This document shows positions 59,753 through 64,000 of a DNA stretch of 64,000 nucleotides, one piece after another (position 1 is the stretch's first letter; every line of letters starts with the position of its first letter). The stretch is from Balamuthia mandrillaris (Eukaryota): the NCBI GenBank assembly GCA_031835245.2, contig JAVKOQ020000056.1, forward strand, positions 1 through 64,000, given 5' to 3'. Below the pieces are notes generated by a model. The model was not told the DNA's origin. It saw only the letters and a list, made by a program, of their open reading frames with translations, and did not search any database. The position numbers were made by a program, and so were the translations under genes.

Positions 59753-60123
59753 CGTTACATGCAGCTCTTTATATATTATTTTTTTTTGTTTTATTTTATA
59801 TTTTTTCTTATATTAAAAAGTGTGAAAATTTTGGCCAATAGAAAATCATAGCATCGAAAAGAATTGATCGGATCGAATCGAACGTGAATTGTTGTCGATA
59901 TTTGTACTTTATTTGGATAAAATATACTCGATAATTGTTAAAATAATCGATTTTTTACATCAGACGATGATAATTCTGAATTATTCTCACGAAAAGAAGA
60001 AAGAAAGTTCACCAGAAGAAAAGAAGAAAAGAAAGTGAGAAGAGATTTTTAGCGGTGCTATCCACCACGATGCCAAGACGTAACTGAAGCGTTTCCACTC
60101 TTTTTTTTTTTTTGTTCAACAGA

Positions 60124-60960
60124 ATGATGCACTGCGATTTGGCGGACGTTTCTCATTGCGTTCGGCGCAACCACCAAAATCGAACCACATCAAAAAATCT
60201 CCACAAGAGCAACAACAACAACACCAAGAAATCCATTTCTTCTGTTGCTCCTTCTTTTTCTTCCTCTTCTTCCCTCCACCACCACCACCACCTCCTTTTG
60301 GAGGACAAAGAGAATGAACCCCCCTTGAAAGGCCGGCTGACGGTCTACAGCATCGCCGGCTGCGCTCACTGCACCACCGTCAAGCGCCGCCTCCTCTCCC
60401 GCGGCATCCCCTTCTGCGAGCTCGACCTGGAGAAGCTGCCCGAGCTGCGGGCGGACATGCGGCGCAGGACTGGCGGCCGCAACACCGTCCCTCAGCTCTT
60501 CCTCAACGGGCGGCACGTGGGAGGGCACGCTGAGCTCCTGGCCCAGGAGGAGAGCGACGGGCTGGCCTCTTGGCTCCAGCTCCTTCGCACGGAGGAGGCC
60601 GGCGAGGACGCTCCTCCTTTGCCTTGTTCTTCTTCATCGTCTCCTGGTTCTTCTTCTTCTTCTTCTTCTTCTTCTTCTGCTTCTTCTTCTTCTTCTTCTT
60701 CTTCTTCTTCTTCTGCTTCAGTTGCTGCTTCTGCGTCGTTCAGTTGTGACTCGTGCTCGCCTTCGTTTCGGCGGTCGGCGGCGGTGGCGGCGGCTGGCTC
60801 CGCTCGCTCCTCGTTTTCCTCGTTTTCCAGCAGCGAGAGCGAGAGGGAGTACGAGGAGGAGAGCATCGTCTGCGAGCCGGATGTGTACCTCAAGATAGTC
60901 ACGCGGATGAGGAGCTTGGATGGCGTTCCTATTGCCACTCGGTAACAATTCTTTGAGAGC

Positions 60961-60991
<31 letters not shown>

Positions 60992-61328
60992 ACGACGATG
61001 TGAACAGAAGAGATAGATGAGAAGAAGGGAAAACGAGAGAGAGAGAGAGAGAAAAGATGGGGAGAGGAGAGCAGAAGAGAGAGTGAGAACAAAGAGCAAT
61101 AGCAAAGCAGAAAAGTGAGAAGAAAGAGCATAGAGAAGAGGCAAGAAGAGAATGGTAGAAAGAGAAGGAAATCCGAACCATAATTACTAATATGTAACGT
61201 CATTGTAGGACGTACATGTTTCGTAGTTATCCAAACACCTTTGTTGGATGTGAAGCTGTTGACTGGTTGTTGACTAAACAATCAGATGTTCCTGTTTCTT
61301 CACGGTACAAAATCCCTTTCTCTTTTAT

Positions 61329-61359
<31 letters not shown>

Positions 61360-63261
61360 CTCCCTCCCTCCCTCCCTCCCTCCCTCCCTCCCTCCCTCCC
61401 TCCCCCCTCCCTCCCTCCCCCCTCCCCCCCTCCCTCCCTCCTCCCCCTCCCTCCCTCCCTCCCTCCCTCCCTCCCTCCCTCCCTCCCTTCCCTCCCCTCC
61501 CTCCCTCCCTCCCTCCCTCCCTCCCTCCCTCCCTCCTCCCTCCCTCCCTCCCTCCCTCCCTCCCCTCCCTCCCATCATTCAGGATTGTGTTTCTCTCGTT
61601 GAAAACTTATATCCGTTTTGCAAATAGAAAAGAGGCAGTCGAACTGGGAGAAAAACTGTTACAAAAGCATTTTTTCCATCACGTGCACTATGACCATGGG
61701 TTCAAGGACGAAAAACTGTTCTATCGTTTTCTCCAGGATGACGATGCTTCCATCAAAGATACTCTTAACACTGATCACCGTACGTTCCTCGCTTTTCGTT
61801 GAACTTGCTTCTCGCTTCTGTCACTGCATCTCTGCTTCTGTGTCCTTCTCTTGTTTTGTGTCTCGCTCTCTCCTCTTTTGTTAAATGCCATTTTATTTAT
61901 TTCGTTGCTCTTTGTTTCAGTATCCGAATGTGAGCCAAGACCAGCGGCAGAAATATCAGAAGAACTTCGGCGTTGCATAATGAAACTGTACAATAAATAC
62001 TTGACAGAAGATGGCAAGATACTGGATTACGTTCGTTTAGGTCGTAGTAAAGGTAACATCTCTCTTTCGTTCTCTCTCGCTATAACACACAAACTCACGT
62101 TGTTCAATGAACAGCGTTTAAGCGCTATGTACAACAAACAGCGGAACTTCAACGTGTTAATATTACAGACATTACAAGAGAAGAAAAAGTGATTTTACAT
62201 CCTTTCCTCTCCTCTGCGCTTCTCTTCTTTTACTCATATCTCTTTTTGAATGACAGATGGCGTTTTTCATCAACATATACAACGCTTTGGTGGTGCACGC
62301 GACAGTGATCGGTGGCTCTCCATCCAGCTCATGGCAACGCTCAAAGTTTTTCAATAAGATGAGTTATTTGATCGGTGGACAAGTCTTTTCTCTCAACGAT
62401 ATCGAACACGGTTTGTCTGTTTCTTTCTTGTCGTCACTTTCTCTTCTTTCTTCTTTGTTTCTTCTTTGTGTCTTCTTTCTTTTGCTTCTTATCATGCTGA
62501 TACACAAATGCAGGCGTATTGCGAAGCAACAAACGACCGCCGAGCGGCATCTTTCGTCAGTTTGGCCGGAACGATCCTCGTTTGCCCGCCATTCTGAACC
62601 CTCCCGACCCTCGCGTGCACTTTGCATTGGTGTGCGGCGCCAAAAGTTGTCCCTCCATCAAAACATATAGTCCAGAAAACATTGACGAGGCTCTTGATAT
62701 TGCTACTATGGTTTGTGGTCTTTTCGTTCTTATTTGTCGTTTCTTGTGGTTTCTTATCGTTTCTTTCTTTCTTTCTTATCGTTTCTTGTCGTTTCTTGTC
62801 GTTTCTTATCGTTTCTTTCTTGTCGTTTCTTTCTTTCTTTCTTTCTTTCTTGTCGCTTCTTTCTTTCTTGTCGTTTCTTTCTTGTCGTTTCTTTCTTTCT
62901 TTCTTGTCCTTTCTTTCTTTCTTGTCGTTTCTTTCTTTCTTTCTTTCTTTCTTGCTTTCTTGCTTTCTTTGCTGTAGTATACTTAAGCGATGTTTTATTT
63001 TAACCATAAAATGTGTAACCTTATAAATAGGCGTTCTTTGAGGATGGTGGTTGCGTGCTTATCCCTTCGCGGAGAGAAATCAGTCTCTCCAAGCTGTTGC
63101 AATGGTACAAATGCGACTTTGGGAAGAGCGAGGAGGAGATGTTGCGGTGGATCAGTCGGTACTTACCTCCCCCGAGCCGCGCCACTTTGGAGCGTTGGCT
63201 GGCGGAGGAGAACTACAAACTGACCTATCAATCCTACGACTGGACTCCCAATGCAAAATAG
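60124..63261 (+). CDS. Glutaredoxin + DEP + DUF547 domain protein, multi-exon
   Basis: Grx: GCAHC..TVPQLFLNGRHVGG. DEP: YPNTFVGCEAVDWL..HHVH..FKDEKLFYRF. DUF547: AFFINIYNAL..SLNDIEHG..DPRVHFALVCGAKSCP..LSKLLQWYKCDFG. Confidence 0.92.
61352..61573 (+). repeat. Intronic (CCCT)n microsatellite (G4-prone on minus strand)
   Basis: Direct tandem repeat. Confidence 0.9.
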
Positions 63262-63375
63262 ACTCCACAAACAAGAAAAGCTGAAGACAAGACGGAAGAT
63301 GGCGAGCATTACACTTTGTTGAAACGTCGCCAAACAATTACCTTTTATAATGTATTATTCATAATGCGTGTGCTG

Positions 63376-63413
<38 letters not shown>

Positions 63414-63559
63414 AAAGAGTTGCAACAACATAAAGCAGGAGGAACAGGAGCAAGAGCTTGTTTTTGAAGTTACTTTAGTTCAGATTAGGTTACCCTATCA
63501 TGACCAAAACGCCACCGAAAGCGTTGGGCATTCAAGTGTGTTGGTTCGAATGAGATTCT

Positions 63560-64000
63560 CCGACCAGGCAAACTAAGGAGCGTGTTTCAAAGCCCCATCG
63601 GTCGTCTTATGCGTTTGGCGCAAGTCGAATACAGACCCTTGCATCTTCTTTCTTCCCTCTTTCCTCTAGTCTCTTCTCTAGTCTCTCTCTCTTTACTATC
63701 TTGGGCCTTTTTGGCTTTTAAAGGAGAAACATAGGAATGACGCTTCGCAGGTGAAGTGAAGAACACCTTTCTAGCTCATGCTGTTCCACGTTACTGACTC
63801 ATGACTGTTTGTGTACGCTTGCAGGTGGTTCAGATGGATCATCCTCTCTGGGTGCTTGTTTCTTGTGCTCCTGTTCTTCAACACCCGGTCGGACCCGCCT
63901 CGCAACGCAGTCTCGCCCACCCCTTCGATCCACTCTTTTGCTCCTCCGCCTGGCAATGTTTACTACACTGACCTCTCGTACTCTGCCGATTCTTCTCATC
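63560..64000 (-). other. Possible 3' end of a minus-strand gene entering from beyond the window
   Basis: Only short coding-like ORFs (63799-63999) are visible, with no recognisable domain. Confidence 0.2.

Noticed and set aside
63535..63600. GGTTCGAAT box-B-like sequence as tRNA/Pol III gene
   Set aside because: No cloverleaf or box A could be built.

Overview
Intron-rich, gene-dense eukaryotic genomic DNA, most likely from a free-living amoebozoan. This is an inference from the Roco kinase, the ComC-type surface protein, a Cys-less pLGIC and CT-microsatellite introns; the style resembles Balamuthia/Acanthamoeba. I can support about 18 protein-coding genes: a partial ComC-SSD surface protein, a small coiled-coil protein, an intronless TPR protein, POLQ, two tandem importin-5-like HEAT paralogs, a pentameric ligand-gated channel, a tandem glyoxalase, a TKL kinase, an HMG-box factor, a classical PTP, SF3B6, a fimbrin-ABD/coiled-coil/PH protein, ATG4, a RhoGAP, a Roco kinase and a glutaredoxin-DEP-DUF547 protein, plus a possible partial gene at the right edge. 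There is also one intronic box C/D snoRNA candidate. CDS coordinates are gene spans including introns, with exons inferred by eye. The strongest novelty candidate is the tandem importin-5-derived HEAT pair: both lack a recognisable importin N-terminus and end in a BC-box/SOCS-box plus Cys4 module, suggesting karyopherin-derived Elongin-Cullin substrate receptors. Other signals are a perfect 51-bp inverted copy of POLQ exon 1 just after the upstream gene's stop, clustered (T)GTCGAC(A) motifs in promoter regions, introns with A-rich 3' tails, and two introns with reversed interior polarity. All family assignments come from motif recall, not database searches.
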